DNA of 64,000 bases from positions 51,026,001 to 51,090,000 of the forward strand of contig NC_079171.1 of assembly GCF_947568905.1 (NCBI RefSeq), read 5' to 3'. The notes under the pieces were generated by a model that did not search any database, was not told where the DNA came from, and saw nothing but the letters and a program-made list of their open reading frames with translations. The stretch comes from Ostrea edulis. Taxonomy: Eukaryota. A program made the translations under genes and the position numbers. Position 1 is the stretch's first letter; every line of letters starts with the position of its first letter. Below are positions 1 through 14,000 of this stretch, piece after piece.

Positions 1-604
1 TTTTGGTATCAAAGCTTTTAACCTTGACCTTGGAGTTGGCCCTACTTTTAAGAAAGCATAACTTAAGCAACATCTCCTGAACCATTTTAGGTAGGGATTT
101 CATAATTTGCATATAGATTCTTTATAGAACGGCCTTACATGTCACACGTGATCTTGACCTTGGAGGTTGACCCAAATTTCAAAACATTAAATCTTACTCA
201 TAACTTTTGAATAGGCTCTCATATTTTATATATATCTTCATTCCTTGTGACAAAACATTTTTCTTTAAGTACCAAATTTTCTAAACTTTTGACCTTGGCA
301 TTTGACCTACTTTTAAGAAACCTGATCTATTAGATATCAAGCACTATTTAAGGTAGGGCTTTCATATAAATATGGAATGGCTGATGAAAAGAATGTATTT
401 TGCCAATTTTCTACATGAACTGATGTATATGAGACGAACAGGTAAAAATCTTTATAATATGTAGAATAAATTTACTCGCAGACAAAAACTACACTTTTAA
501 TTTTCATTTCAGATCCTTTATAAAATAAGTGAAACATAACATTGCAAAGGGGTCTAATTTTAATATTATCAAGAGCCTTACTACCTGATTCTGCAAGCCG
601 GTTG

Positions 605-952
605 CAATGTCCCAGTGGTAGAGCTTTCACTTTATAACCGTGAGGTCGTGAGTTGGATGTGTCAAACATGTTGTAAACATAGGTAGTGATTGCTTCTTTG
701 CCGAATGCTCAGCATTTAGAAGTGAGAATCACGGGTCTTCAGGATATGGCCTTAAAAACGGAAGCCCTGTGTGGCAGCAGTTGTTGACATGTTAAATAGG
801 AGCTGCGTGGCAACGGGTGTTGACATGTTAAACAGGAGCTTCACTGCTACGGCTATAAGCACTAAGCATAGATCTATGGTACTTCACCTACAACTGGTGA
901 CGTCTCAATGTGAGTGAAAAATCCTCAATGGGATGTAAAACAAACAACCGAA
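605..952 (+). mobile_element. tRNA-derived SINE (Meta-SINE-like core), near full length
   Basis: tRNA-like head (cagtggtagagc..gtgagtt), core cctgtgtggcagcag..gttaaa..cactgct, 3' end ggtgacgtctc.a.atgagtgaaaa and a (caaa)n tail. Confidence 0.75.
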
Positions 953-1169
953 CCTAATTCTACAGACGTGATAGTTTCACAATTTTATTAGTCGTATTTT
1001 GTCAATACAAATGAGTTTTAAAAGTTGCCAATATAACTGTTGTTTTTTTTTTAATTGAAAATTAAATTTTGTGTCTGTCAAATTTGTTAAGAGCCAAAAC
1101 ATTCAAGTTTAAAGAATTCACAAGTATGTACAGCCTCCTTACTGTACAAAAGTTATCTCCCCCTGATAG

Positions 1170-1679
1170 ACATTGACTGTTTCTCTTCATCATACACAGC
1201 TTACATCAACTGGTGCCACGTCTCATCCAGTCATGTCAGATTCCATGACCGCAGCACTCGAGCCCGTACCGAATCACGGAACCTCATCAACAAACACACA
1301 CCCTGGTTCACTCAGTCCTGTAGTGACGGGACGACAGAACACGGAGCTAGCAACACCGGACACTAACATGGATTCTACAGTAACTCTGGCGACTGTCGCA
1401 GACACGTTACCACCACCACGTGTATTAAATATAGTTACCCGCATTCCAGCATCGACGGTAACATGCAGTTCTCATTCGATGGGTTCTACTTGCCTGTCTA
1501 TTTCCAAGTCAACCCCCAACATGGTAGCAGACATGACACCAAACGTCAACCAGACTCCCATGGTGGTGGTGAAGCCGATGTTGGTCTCGCCGGCCCAGAG
1601 AGTTCGTTTACAGTCAGGCGGGCAGCAGTATTTGATTACGAAAATTTCTCGCACGGGAGCAGGTGTGGAAGCGTGTATG
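1170..1679 (+). CDS. Putative upstream coding exon A (170 aa, Ser/Thr/Pro-rich low complexity) of the transposase-derived gene; the gene continues 5' of the window
   Basis: Acceptor ccctgatag|ACA at 1170 and donor ATG|gtaagt at 1680. Open frame between them (ORF 1173..1733). Phase 0-0, compatible with exon B at 5130. Confidence 0.55.
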
Positions 1680-2787
1680 GTAAGTTTTATATTTCTGTAT
1701 GGTTGCCATGGTTACACGTACACTCTTACATGACAGCTTGAATAAGTGATATGAAAGGTCACTCATATCAGCCATTATCAAATCTCCCAGAAGGTTGCTA
1801 TATTTAAAGAGGTTCGCACCTGAGATCTGGAGTAATGTCAATTTTTTTGGGAAGTGTATATTTGATTTCTACATTGAAGGAGAATTAGGAAATTAAAAAG
1901 AAAAACTGGGATCGCAACACTTATTATTGAGCTACATTGCTTCAATCATGACCTTTTTGCACTTAAAATTTTTTCAATTAAACTTGATTTGTCTGTTGGT
2001 GTCAACACAACATAATCAACACAAATCAATTATTACATAAAATAGACACATAATAATGTCTTCTAACACTACAGGTAAAAAAAATTAATACTAGTAATGG
2101 AAATAAATAATGATTTTTTTGCACTTGATATACAAAAAACTTCATGATATCAAAATTGAGAGTTTAAAAGGACATATTGGGAGTAATGTCAATTTCTAAA
2201 ATTTTACACAATATTCAAGGTCTGGTCTTACAATTTAGAATGGAACTAAAAAAGGTTTGGATTGGAGATAAGATTTTTGAATTATTGGCGAAAATACTGA
2301 TTTTTTATACAAATTTTCGAGTAAATTTTAAGAATCGGTGTTCTGTGTGGAAAATTAGATCAACCACGTTAATAAATTACATTTGAACTAGTTCCAAGTC
2401 TCATCTACCTGTATCATGAATCATAAAACTGAAATACATGAATAGGAGTATAAAAATAGGCAATACATTGGATGAAACAGAAACTGTAATATCATGCAGA
2501 TTTAGAACTTTCTGATTAATGAATCCTTCTGACTCAAAATATAATCCCTGCCCAACCCTTTCCAAATTTGAATTGACTCAGATTTTTTTTTCCAACTGGA
2601 TAGAGTTCAGTAATAGATGTGTAATATGTTTGCACCAATGGCATCAGTATTAAATCAGTAAATACTTAGTTGTAACTTTTGGGGGGGTGGGGTGGGGTGG
2701 GGGGGTTGGTTGGTTGGTTGATATATGCAACCTGCTTTAATTGCTTTACATGGAATGATTGAGACTTATCAGTGGACCAGGCAAAAT

Positions 2788-2818
<31 letters not shown>

Positions 2819-3549
2819 CTCTCTCTCTCTTTCAAATTATTTTTGAAATTCGCAGTTAATAGATTTTTTGCATTCCAAAGAGGGTCATGAGCTCTCTTTA
2901 CATGTTGGGGGTTGGCAACTACCGTATATCAGGTTTTTCCCGCGTCATGTTTTTTCCGCGAATCAGAACCTAAAACATTATATTAAATTTATGCGAATCA
3001 AATTTTCAGTATTTCAAAGTCATAGCGAAAATATAATTCACGATTATCTAAACTTATGAATGAATTGGGGGTAAACGTCGGTATTTGTACGTATATCTCT
3101 TAATTTTTCATGCAAAAATTCAGCCAATGAATCTATTTACAGGATTTCTGAGTTACTGTCGCAATTATAATCAAATCTCAATAAGGATGATATTCCTGCT
3201 TCTCTGAATCAGTCTCCGACGATTTCGGGTTTTGTTTGCATGTAATCATAGAGCTTTGTCAGCCATTTTGCTCCAAGTGCCTTCATCCAGATTGGAGATC
3301 AATTGAACTCCACCTCGTCAATTTCGGAAGACACGCTCAGCTGATCACACACCTGTGCTGCTTACCAGTGTTCATTTTTGTTTACACTCAAGTATATTGT
3401 AAATATGTACAATTTGGAGGTATAGTAACGTAAATCACTGTTCGTTAGCTATAATGGTACTAGTACAAAATCATTTTCAGTTTAAAACGGCCATCAATCA
3501 TGTACGGTTATATGTACATGTATGAGTAGCTCAGGTATAATTATACATT

Positions 3550-4685
3550 CAGTCTTCACGAAAACTCAGTGGTCCGAAGACCGAGGCCAGTGAATTTTAC
3601 GGTCGGGTCAGTGAAAATTAAAAATCAGGAAGTCCGATGGGCTTGTAGACTTTTTGTAAGTCACGTTAAATATAATGTTGGATTTAGATATTCTAAACGT
3701 CAAGAAAACTTGTACGTTAATCGCGTGAATATTAAACGAACAACTTTTTGAAACAACAACAAATGGCCGCGTTCTGTATTGCACCGCACACCGGTAATTG
3801 CTGCTTTATTGCATTGTCCAATATGGAAGTTCCGAGTTCCCCAAGAGTTATTTCCCTTTGTCGAACTCTTCCGTAAAGTATGACATAAAATATGATGACA
3901 GTGGGTACATTTGCTAATTACTATCGTTGTATTATTTCTTAAAAGATGATATCCAGAGTTTCTAAGACCATCCTATCTCAGGGGAAAGGCAACTTTAGTG
4001 AGTTTATGAGTATTGGATAACAAAATGGCTCAAACAAATACTGTTAATTGCCATCTTTCTTTGATAAAAGCGTCACTCATGTAGAAGAGGAAACGAATAA
4101 TGATTTAATAACCAATTTGATGATCTTATTCAAACAGATTATGCTTAATATGGCCAGAATATACATACCAGTGATTGATATAAACAAAAGTTACGCTTTT
4201 ATTACATTAATCGTACGTAATCGTTATGTACAATGCCAGTCTACGATATAATGTATACATTGTGTACCCACCATACGTCATAAAATGCGAAAGAGTTCAA
4301 CAAAGGGAAATAATTTTTTTGTAACTCGGAACTTGCGTATTAAATGAACTTCGTCAATTGCAGTTATCTCTGATTTTTTGCAATTTCTATAGTTTATAGA
4401 ATTAATAAATCGTTTACATTTGATGTTGGTAGAGAAGACTAGTCTGATTACTTCCTAAGGTGCACTCGGGCTGTTTTCATGTTTGTGAAAAATACTTTTG
4501 TTGTTTGTGGGCAAAGAGAAAATAGTTCCAGTAAATTAATTGTACAATTTTACAATGCATTCCATAATGTATGTGATAAACATATTAAAATTTAGGGTCC
4601 AGTAAATTTAACTGTGGGCCAGTAAATTCAGACAGTTCACTGGTTCCGACTGGCTTGCAAGTTTTAAATGTTTTCGTGAAGACTG
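3550..4685. mobile_element. Nested TIR element flanked by the 6-bp direct repeat tacatt
   Basis: TIR cagtcttcacgaaaac / gttttcgtgaagactg, with subterminal ccagtgaa/ccagtaaa repeats. Confidence 0.75.
3827..4334. mobile_element. Innermost nested TIR element (TIR about 45 bp)
   Basis: aagttccgagtt..ttatttccctttgtcgaactctt, inverted at 4290-4334. Confidence 0.7.
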
Positions 4686-5129
4686 TACATTGATTGAAGC
4701 ACAGACCGTGACCCATTTAATTAGCTTGTCCTGTATTAAATAAACACCGAGGCTCCCATAACTGTTACCCGGCGCTTGTCAGATATAGGGGGAAACAAAG
4801 CTGAACACAGAACTTTCACTGCACCATTATCTGTATGCTATATAACTCTATTACAAACACAAAACTTTGTATGAAATTTACGCGGATTTATTTTCCGCGA
4901 TTCAGAAATCGTTGCGAACAAAGCGGAAATTAGATACACGCGGAGAAAACCTGATATACGGTATGAGTAAGAGGTGCATTAAATAAAAACCATATTCTGC
5001 GATGCTGCATATAATCATGTCACTCTAGCTCAAGTCTGACTCTGAGTATTTACCTGTCAGTAAATGTATGGTGACAAAGAACTTGGATTGCGTAATTTTT
5101 ACTAATTCTTGAAGTACGAATGATTACAG

Positions 5130-5325
5130 GGTAAAAAGAGAGTTGCAGAAGACTCATTGTACACAAAACCTGTGAAAAGGAGACTGACACGGAAGAAGCA
5201 AGGGCCCAGTACCAGCAAAAAATCTGCAAACATATCGGAAACAGAGACCCAAAGTTCGGAAGAGGACCAGTCAAATCAAAAAGAGGACCAGTCAATTGAG
5301 AAAGAGGACCAGTCAAATAACCCAA
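5130..5325 (+). CDS. Putative coding exon B (basic NLS-like stretch, then acidic EDQS repeats)
   Basis: Acceptor gattacag|GGT at 5130 and donor CCA A|gtaagt at 5326. Reads GKKRVAEDSLYTKPVKRRLTRKK...EDQSNNP. Phase 0-1, which matches the phase-1 acceptor at 6912. Confidence 0.6.
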
Positions 5326-5645
5326 GTAAGTGCATTAGATAATCAGCACGGACGACAGACCCTAAATTTTAAAATTCATTGCCCCAGGGTCAGTTCTGAT
5401 GCTTTCCAGACTGGGTACCCTACCTGATATATTGAGAGGACATTATTCTTTGAAGTACAAAGGTACGTTTTGACTCATGGGAATCAAATTTTCAAACTTT
5501 ACTCTGGAACATCTAGCACATAAACTATTTTAAACATGATGGCATCTAGATTTTGGAACCTGGGGTTCGGGGTCCATCAGGTGCTCAATAAAAGCTAAAA
5601 TCTAGCAATTTGAGATATTTACAGGTGAAACACGGACCAGTCACA

Positions 5646-5985
5646 GTTACTCAGTGGTAGAGTGTTTGCTTCATAACTGTGAAGTCGTGAGTTCAAGCCT
5701 CGCTCAAGCTATGACCGCATCAAACCTACGATGTAAACATAAGTAGTGATATCTCTTTTGACAAACACTCAGCATTTAGAATTGAGTATCATGGGTCTTT
5801 TGGATATGACCTTCAAAACAGAGGTCCCGTGTCGCAGCAGGTGTTAGCACGATTAAGAACCGGCAATGCCACAGCGGTAAACACTAAGCATAGGACTAAA
5901 TTTGTGGTACTTAGCCTACAACTGGTGACATCTCAGTCAGAGTGAATAATTCCTAACGGGACGTAAAACAAAGAAACAACTAACA
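5646..5985 (+). mobile_element. Same SINE family, full length
   Basis: A-box/B-box-like head, gtcccgtgtcgcagcaggtgttagcacgattaagaac core, same 3' end. Confidence 0.8.
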
Positions 5986-6420
5986 TCCATGAAACACTAT
6001 TTACTCTGCCTTTAATGATAAAGAAATGTTTATTTAGTATATACACACAAATGTACACATTATATAGATACTGAGGATAACCCAGGAAAGCTTATAAGCT
6101 TATTTCTAATGGGGTCCTTTCACTACTTTGATGGCTTATAAGCTTATTTCTAATGGGGTCCTTTGATGCAGTTTGGCACTGTTGTGCTTCGTTCATTGTG
6201 TTCAACATTGTTGTTGATCTTACCTTTCTTGGTACCATTATGCTCCATGGGGAGCCTCTTGGTGAAATAAAAAAGTTTCAAGACTTAAGTGTTTCATAGA
6301 ACTTAATCATGATATAACACGGCCTTGTTTTGTCTTAACTATATATAGAAAGTAGGCAGTGATTTTATTTAAAATAGGAGGTGAGAAATTGCCGAGTGCC
6401 TACTCTTAATGAGAACCCTG

Positions 6421-6728
6421 GAAATATCTGACGTTTTCCTGACTTTTTTTTATGATTTTGATATTTACCGTACCAGGAAAATGTCAGAACCGGCGCCATT
6501 ACGTAAACTGGAATTTCGCCGCCTCCAACTGGAGGCAGCATTCTCGGGCCGATTTTAAATACTTTGTAGTCGAATTCAATGTTAAACTCATAATTAATCA
6601 ATAAAACGATGCTTCTTGCCAGTTGGAGGCGGCGAATTTCCAGTGTACATGATGGCGCCGGTTCTGACGTTTTCCTGGCACGGTATATATCAAAATCATA
6701 AAAAAGCCAGGAAAACGTCAGATATTTC
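6421..6728. repeat. Foldback / long inverted repeat (arms about 110 bp, spacer about 86 bp)
   Basis: 6421-6532 is a near-perfect reverse complement of 6619-6728. Confidence 0.9.
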
Positions 6729-6911
6729 GGACTACGTGACCATGTGGGATAAAAACTGGTCAGTAGAGTTAGCTGGGCTTTGTCTTTTTGGGTATGAAAG
6801 CTAGATATTATTCTGTATTGGTTCGTAGTTGTAGTTTGTGTGTAAGTAACTCCACATCTTCAAGTCTGTGGTGATTGTATGTTTGTCACTCAACATCTTT
6901 GTTAAAATTAG

Positions 6912-9900
6912 CAGATGCCCAGTGGAATGGTGAACAAAAAGAGACAGGGAGTAAAAAACGTGGTAGACCTTCAGTGTTGTCAGAATCGGAACGTAAAAGG
7001 AGGCGCTCGGTGCTAAACAAGAGGCTGTCGAAACAGAGAATTTACCTGGGAGCAGTCAAGGAAGAATGGAATCAGCTCCGTGAGGCTCTAAATCTCGAGT
7101 CCAACCCTGATCTTGCCGAATTTCTTATTAATCATCAGTAAGTTTAGGTATTTCTGATCAATCATCAGTAAGTTTAGGTATTTCTGATCAATCATCAGTA
7201 AGTTTAGGTATTTGTCATCAATCATCAGTAAGTTTAGGTATTTGTCATCAATCATCAGTAAGTTTAGGTATTTCTCATCAATCATCAGTAAGTTTAGGTA
7301 TTCTGATACACTCGTCACATGTATGGAAGAAAAAAAGTCTGAAACATTTCATTGCAATTATTTCATTATGAATGTAATAATCAATTATAGATGTTCAGCA
7401 TTAGGACATGTTAAAAATGAGAAAAAATTCAATGAATATTATATATATTGATACATATAGGTATAGATAGGTATTATGTAACTGGAAAAATCTTAATCTA
7501 ATTTGCTACTTTTAGGGTTTGGATTGCAAAAATTTCCACCCACAGAAAAACCTGTAATGCAGTATGAGAAGAAATGACCTTTTATTAGAGAGAGACCCTC
7601 TAAGGGCTGTTCCAGAAATGATCAAATGGGGGGGTCGGGTGGCAAATGATATTTTTTTGTGTGGGTGGTCGTATTTTTTCATATTTTAATTGGTCCGTGG
7701 TGGGGTTGTTAATAAAATATTTATTATGGGTAGTGGGTAGTTTTTATTGTTTTATTTTGTGCTACGTGGGTGTTGAGTTTTCAGAATATTTTTATTGTCG
7801 CTCTTGTCGTGTTGGTTACAAAACGTCGGAGGGAAAATTGAAAACGTGCTTTCGAAATGCTGCTTTCGAAATCGAAAGTAACATAGAACTATTCGAGTTG
7901 TCGCTCTTTGCAGCGCATAACTTTCCATTACGACACTCTTCAAATTAGAGGCGCGTTTAATAGGGTCCCTTTGGACGTGATGGCGGCGAACTCTGTTCTG
8001 TAGATTATTACAGTTTACAGTGCATCGATTTTGGGAATATTTTGAAACCAATAGGTATTCCGTTTTCTAATAAAAATAGGCAAACCTTAGTTGATTTATA
8101 CGAGGGTACCGATGCGTTATATTTATCAGTCGGTGTGATGGTGATATAGAGGCCTCCTCCGGGCGCGGGCTCCATTAGAAGACGAACGATTCGTGGAAAA
8201 ACATATCCATACCCATTTCATGATAATAGCATCGTTTGGACTCCCAATCTTTCCAACATTCCCGCCATAGATGCCTTTGATTGTTGATGTGACATCGTTT
8301 CTTCAGAACTACTGTGATACAATGTTGCACAGGCATTACCGCGTCATTGACTAGAATGTTTGTCCCGAAAACCTCGTGAGATTTGTACCGTTTTCATTTT
8401 TAAAAATATTTTTGTGGTGGGTCTGGTTAGTTTTTTTTTTTTTATTAGATGGGTCATTGTAAAATGAGTTTATTAATTTGATGGGTCATGGGGTAATTTT
8501 TTATTTTTTTTTATGGGTGCTTGGTATATACAAAAGGTGCCTCCCGACCCCCCCATGTATTTATTTCTGGAATAGCCCTAAGCAATATATAGTGACATAC
8601 ACTACTTCTCTTGACAATGCACTGCTCTCGTAAAATTCAATATATACTGTATTATTCAATAACTTACAAATTAATTTCTTGAAATTCTTATGCATTATGT
8701 TGATCAGATGCTACAATAGGTCTATTGACCATTTCCCTTTAGGTTATTTAGAAATCATGTGTTTGCTTCGCACGTATAATAAAAGTGTTGAATTTAGTGA
8801 TTCAGAACATCAGACAATATTTATCAATACATGTATTTCTTGTTTTATTTGAAATAGCCAACAATGCCAGAATGTTTTTGCCAGTACTTCACCTCCAGAG
8901 AAGCCTCAACCACATGCAAAGTTGGAAATGTCTTCAACAGACGAAAAAGAAAATGGCAGGCAAGTTTTAGTTCATTTGAGCTGGAAATTCAAGTGAGCAA
9001 TTCTAATCAAGGTTTGCCTATCTGCCTGGTGGGGGCTTTCCACATTTTCAACACCTTCCCAAAATTGCAGGTCCAATTTCAACTAAGTGTGCCACAAAGT
9101 ATCCATAGTTTAATGGGGTTCAATTTTGAACAAAGGAAAGGTATTCTTCCTTGGAAGTTCTCCCCATAGTAACTGAGTGTTAATAGTACACAACTAAAAG
9201 CCTCGTATTTACACACACCAAACACAGCTAAAAGTCTCGTATTTACACACATCAAACACAACTAAAAGCCTCGTATTTACACACACCAAACACAGCTTAA
9301 ATTCTCGTATTTACACACACCAAGCACAGCTTAAAGTCTGAGACTCGTATTTACACACATCAAACACAGCTAAATGTCTTGTATATACACACAAAAAACA
9401 CAACTAAAAGCCTTGTATTTGCACACATCAAACACAGCTAAAGGCCTCATATTTACACACATCAAACACAGCTAAAGTCTTGTATTTACACACCTCAAAC
9501 ACAGCTAAAAGTCTTGTATTTATATACACACATCAAACACAGCTAAAAGTCTTGTATTTACACACCTCAAACACAGCTAAAAGTCTCATATTTACACACA
9601 TCAAACACAGCTAAAAGTCTCATATTTACACACATCAAACACAGCTAAAAGCCTCATATTTACACACATCATTCACAGCTAAAGGCCTTGTATTTACACA
9701 CATCAAAGACTGCTAAAAGTCTCGTATTTACACATATCAAACACAGCTAAGTCTTGTATTTACACACCTCAAACACAGCTAAAAGTCTCGTATTTACACA
9801 CATCAAACACAGCTAAAAGTCTCGTATTTACACATATCAAACACAGCTAAAAGCCTTACATATATATACACACATCGACTAAAGCTAGAAACCTCATACT

Positions 9901-11033
9901 TATGAGTTTAAAACAACAGGTTATAAACGAGATCTTCGGGTTCCTTATGGGTGGTTGGAAGCAGCCTAGGTGTTGACTAGCTGTTGATAATCATTCTAAG
10001 AGTAGATAAGAAAACCATGGATCATATAATAAACTTTGTTTAAATGTCAAATTTCAGTTGCAGTATAAAGCAAGAAGTTTGTAAAATTACATATAAATCT
10101 GTTTTGTTTTGAAGATCCATTGTGAGAATCAGTGAGGATTTTGAGGAGGAGGAGGAGGAGGAGGAGGACTCAACACCAGACCTCAGTTTGATTTTAGGGT
10201 ACCTTATTTTGTTCTGTTTACATGTATACCGTATGTCACACTGTGCACAAGGTTATGTCTGTTAGAAATCTGTCCCATATATCATGTTAATTAAAATATA
10301 GGTAAACATCTACATATAATTAATGACTTTTATTTACTATCCCTTCACATCATAGTGGGGGACACTGTATTAATGTTGTGTATGGTGTACATCTCATGCT
10401 GTGGATGTATGTGTGTTTATCTTTGTAAATGTTTTATATGAAGCAAACATCTGTGTAGTGTACTGAAATTGTAGTGAAAAGGACCACACAGACATTGAGG
10501 ATGTAGCAGGAGGGAACCTGGTGTTTGGAGTGGGGGAAATGTCACTTCCTGAGGACAAAGTGGGGGAAATGTCACTTCCAGAGGACAGAGTGGGGGAAAT
10601 GTCACATACAGAGGACAGAGTGGGGGAAATGTCACTTCCAGAGAAAGAAGCAGCAGAAAACGTCAAAGTTCCAGGTATCATGCAGATTCTGACAATGGAG
10701 GAGTCAGAACTGGTACTGAGATCAGAGAAAGTGATAGTGTTTGAGGAGCAGCTGCTGATGTTGGCTAAATCCAAGATTGATGATCAATGTTTAGTGAAAG
10801 GGTGTCCAGAAGCTGTGAAAATTTCAACAAGATATGTAGCATCTGCATTGTATCTGGTTTGGGTGAGTGTCTTTTACAAACACTTACAACTGGCCTCCAT
10901 AGCTGTAAAGTAGAGTAGTAAGTTTAAACTTGGAGGATGTGAATGAACCGTAATGTAAGAAGGAGGCAGAGGGGCGAGATCCAAAGTTCTATGTCTAATA
11001 GGAAATTTAATTCACATAGTTGTCATCAAAGAC

Positions 11034-11071
<38 letters not shown>

Positions 11072-14000
11072 ATCTCAAAACTTTCTATGATGAAGGTTGA
11101 TCCAAATTGATTATCTTGTAATAACACAACAGTACTAAATAACACTGATTACAGGTACAGGTAAACTTTGGTATCTCAAATACTGATATGTCGAATACCA
11201 TGGATGTCTCGAAGTGAGTCGACAGTCACGGCCAGTTTTACTATATTAATGATTTTAAAAAACCCCGGTATCTCGAACACGAAAATCTCGAATACCTGGC
11301 TTATCTCGAAGTAGATTTACGGTCCCAAGTGCTAAAAACACATGTGGTATCTGAAGTCCAAGAATTTTCTCGCTTCATTGACCTCACACATGAAGTCCAA
11401 AATCATCCCTTTATGCTAATTTTACGGTCTGTTGGACGTTTCTGATAAGTCTAGAATGGGCTTCATGGCACCATTGCCGATAATCACTTCTTATTAGCCC
11501 CTGTTTATATGGGAGCTTTATCTAATTATGCAGATTAGGTGTTTGGAGGTGATCATGAAATACACATTTATATGTAAGATGACATGATAATTCAACAAGC
11601 AGTGTGGGGGCGAGTACTGAAATAGGAGTTTAATTTTGTCGCAGTACACATTTACACATGCTATTACAAGTCAAAGTAAACACTAAACACATCAAAGGGA
11701 TATAGAAATCAAGAATTAAACAATAAAAGTCCTGTTTTTTTAAGTATAAGTATCAGCACCAAAATTCAAAATCTTCAGTATCTGATAAGCAATATACATG
11801 TAACGAACGACCCGGTATCCGACCCGGTATCCAACCCAGGGGATAGTGGGATTATCTGGCAGTGGTGTAAAAAGGAATCTTAAAGTTCATAAAATTGAAA
11901 TAAAGTTCCAGGCTATAACAGAAGTAGAAAAAGACACAGGATCCAAGGCAGCGATACTTCCTGTTTCCGTCTTCGTCATTATTACTGTGATCGGTTTATC
12001 ATTTACAGAGCGTAACACAAATCCGGGTATCAGAAATACTGAACCGAACATGATAGCTGATTATGATAAACGACTGAAATTCGTAAAATGTAAGTGTTGC
12101 AGTGTCAAATAAAGTAAAAATAATATACAATATGCATGCAAATGCAAACATATTAGAAAGAATCCTTAACTTCAAACTAAAACTTTTACCGATTTTAAAA
12201 GGTGTGTTTATTTACCTGTAATATAAAACAATATGCAACGTCAATCCATGAACTTTGATTTCTCGAACCCTCGGATATCTCAAAGTTTTTCTTCGGTCCT
12301 AACAAGTTCGAGATATTGAAGTTTACCTGTATATGTTTTCTAGTGTTTATCAACAAATCAAAGATGGGATGTATTATGGTATGGTGTCTTCCATCTGTCT
12401 GTCTGTCGTAACCTTGTAGACAAAATGCAGTGAACTGTAAGCACCAGGAACTTGCAACTTGTTATATTTGATAACCCTGATGAAAGGAAGATGCTTTATG
12501 TTTTTTAAGGTCCAGGGTTAAAGGTCAAGGTCGTAGTATCAATTACAAGGAAAACCTTTTAGGCAGAATACAGACTGAACTATTGGAGCTAGGATCTTAC
12601 AACTTGGTACATTTAATCACTATGATGAAAGGAAGATGTATATCATTTTACAACGTCAAAGGTCAAGGTCATAGTATCAGTTGATAGGAAAACCTTGTAG
12701 ACAGAATTCAGACCAAAGTATTGAGGTTGGGACTGTCAAACTTGATTCACATACTCCTCATGCCAAGTAGAAGACACCTTTTGTTCTCAAAGTTCAAGGT
12801 TGTTGTATATCCCTTAGTAGGAAAACCTTGTAGGCAGGATACAGACCGAATCATTTGGGCTAGGACCGTCAAACTTGGTACACATACACCTTATGCCATG
12901 CAGAGGATGTCTAATGTTTTTCAAGGTCACAGCATCATTTAGTTGATAAACCTAGTTTTTGTTACAAATACAGATAATGTCCTGAAATTTAGTCACAAGC
13001 TTCCTCACAGAGGAATATAAGTTTAGTTTGCGTTTCAGTTGCCAGTGGTTTGGTGCACCATGACCTATTTTAGGGGTAAAAGAAGGTCAAACAATTTCCC
13101 AGATTTTTTTTCTTACGAATACAGGTATTTCCCTGAAATTTTGTCACAACCTCCTTTTCAGAGAAATACATAATCAGTTCACACTTCAACTTGATTGTTG
13201 CCCCATGACCTATTTTAGAGCTAAAAGTAGGTCAAATAATTTTCTTGACTTTTTCTCATCATGGATAGATATTGCATTGAAGGTGTTGCAGTTGTATGTT
13301 TTACTGTTGAATGTTCATTAAAATGTTTTAGATGTAGTTTTATTTCTAAACATTCAATGAGTCCTGTTCACTGTCTTCCCGCTGAAGCGCTGCAGCATCT
13401 GCTTGTGTTTTAAGAGTTGGTATATAAACCAACGTGATAGCTGTGTACCGCAACAAAAAAAGGTTTACTGACAAAGAATAGTAGTGTTTAAAAAGTTTAA
13501 CTCGAAAATTATTTGTGTATTATAATAAAATTTATGTTGGATGCAGGAGATTTTACCCCCACCCCAAAACTAATTGAATTGAAAATTTTACTGGAAAACC
13601 ATTTGATCTCGCCCCTTTCTGCTGCCTAATCAGTTTATGTTTCACAAAATGAAATATTGTTTGGATAAGCGTAATGCTCTGGTAGTATGAGTGGATAGTG
13701 ATGGTTATTGATTTTCTGTGTATGCTTACAGTCTTGCTCAAACAAACACATAAAACATCGGTGGTGCTCCCAGCCACTGCTCAGTGGAGGCTCTCAGAGT
13801 GGGGACTTGATGATAACCGCTGCAATTCTTTGCTCTGGGAATGATTTCTGCAAGGTGAAGAGGATGGCAGATTTATTGCATCTTCATTTTCCAAGTCAGT
13901 CGTCATTTACACAGCTTCAGCAGAAGTGTCTTGTTCCAGCCATTGAGGAGACGTGGTTCGAACATCAACGAAGTGAGAGGACGAAACTTAACGATAAAGA

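Larger units (their letters stand above)
2922..4961. mobile_element. Non-autonomous TIR element with TA TSD (Tc1/mariner-like); outer member of a nested set
   Basis: TA|ccgtatatcaggttttt..cgcg at the left end and cgcg.agaaaacctgatatacgg|TA at the right end. Confidence 0.8.

Noticed and set aside
7088-7451. ORFs 7088..7318 and 7212..7451; likewise 10394..10774, 22808..23017, 27547..27939, 33596..33904 and 40240..40554
   Set aside because: They are antisense or alternative-frame products of tandem repeats or of real exons.
11035-11070. Long poly-C/G tracts (also 20280, 29235, 36312, 49866, 58845, 63145) as functional G-quadruplexes
   Set aside because: Several sit inside or beside HINE-type repeats, homopolymer length is unreliable in assemblies, and there is no independent evidence of function.
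11846-12112. 88-aa ORF with a hydrophobic stretch
   Set aside because: It lies inside a MITE, has no recognisable motif and no convincing splice context.
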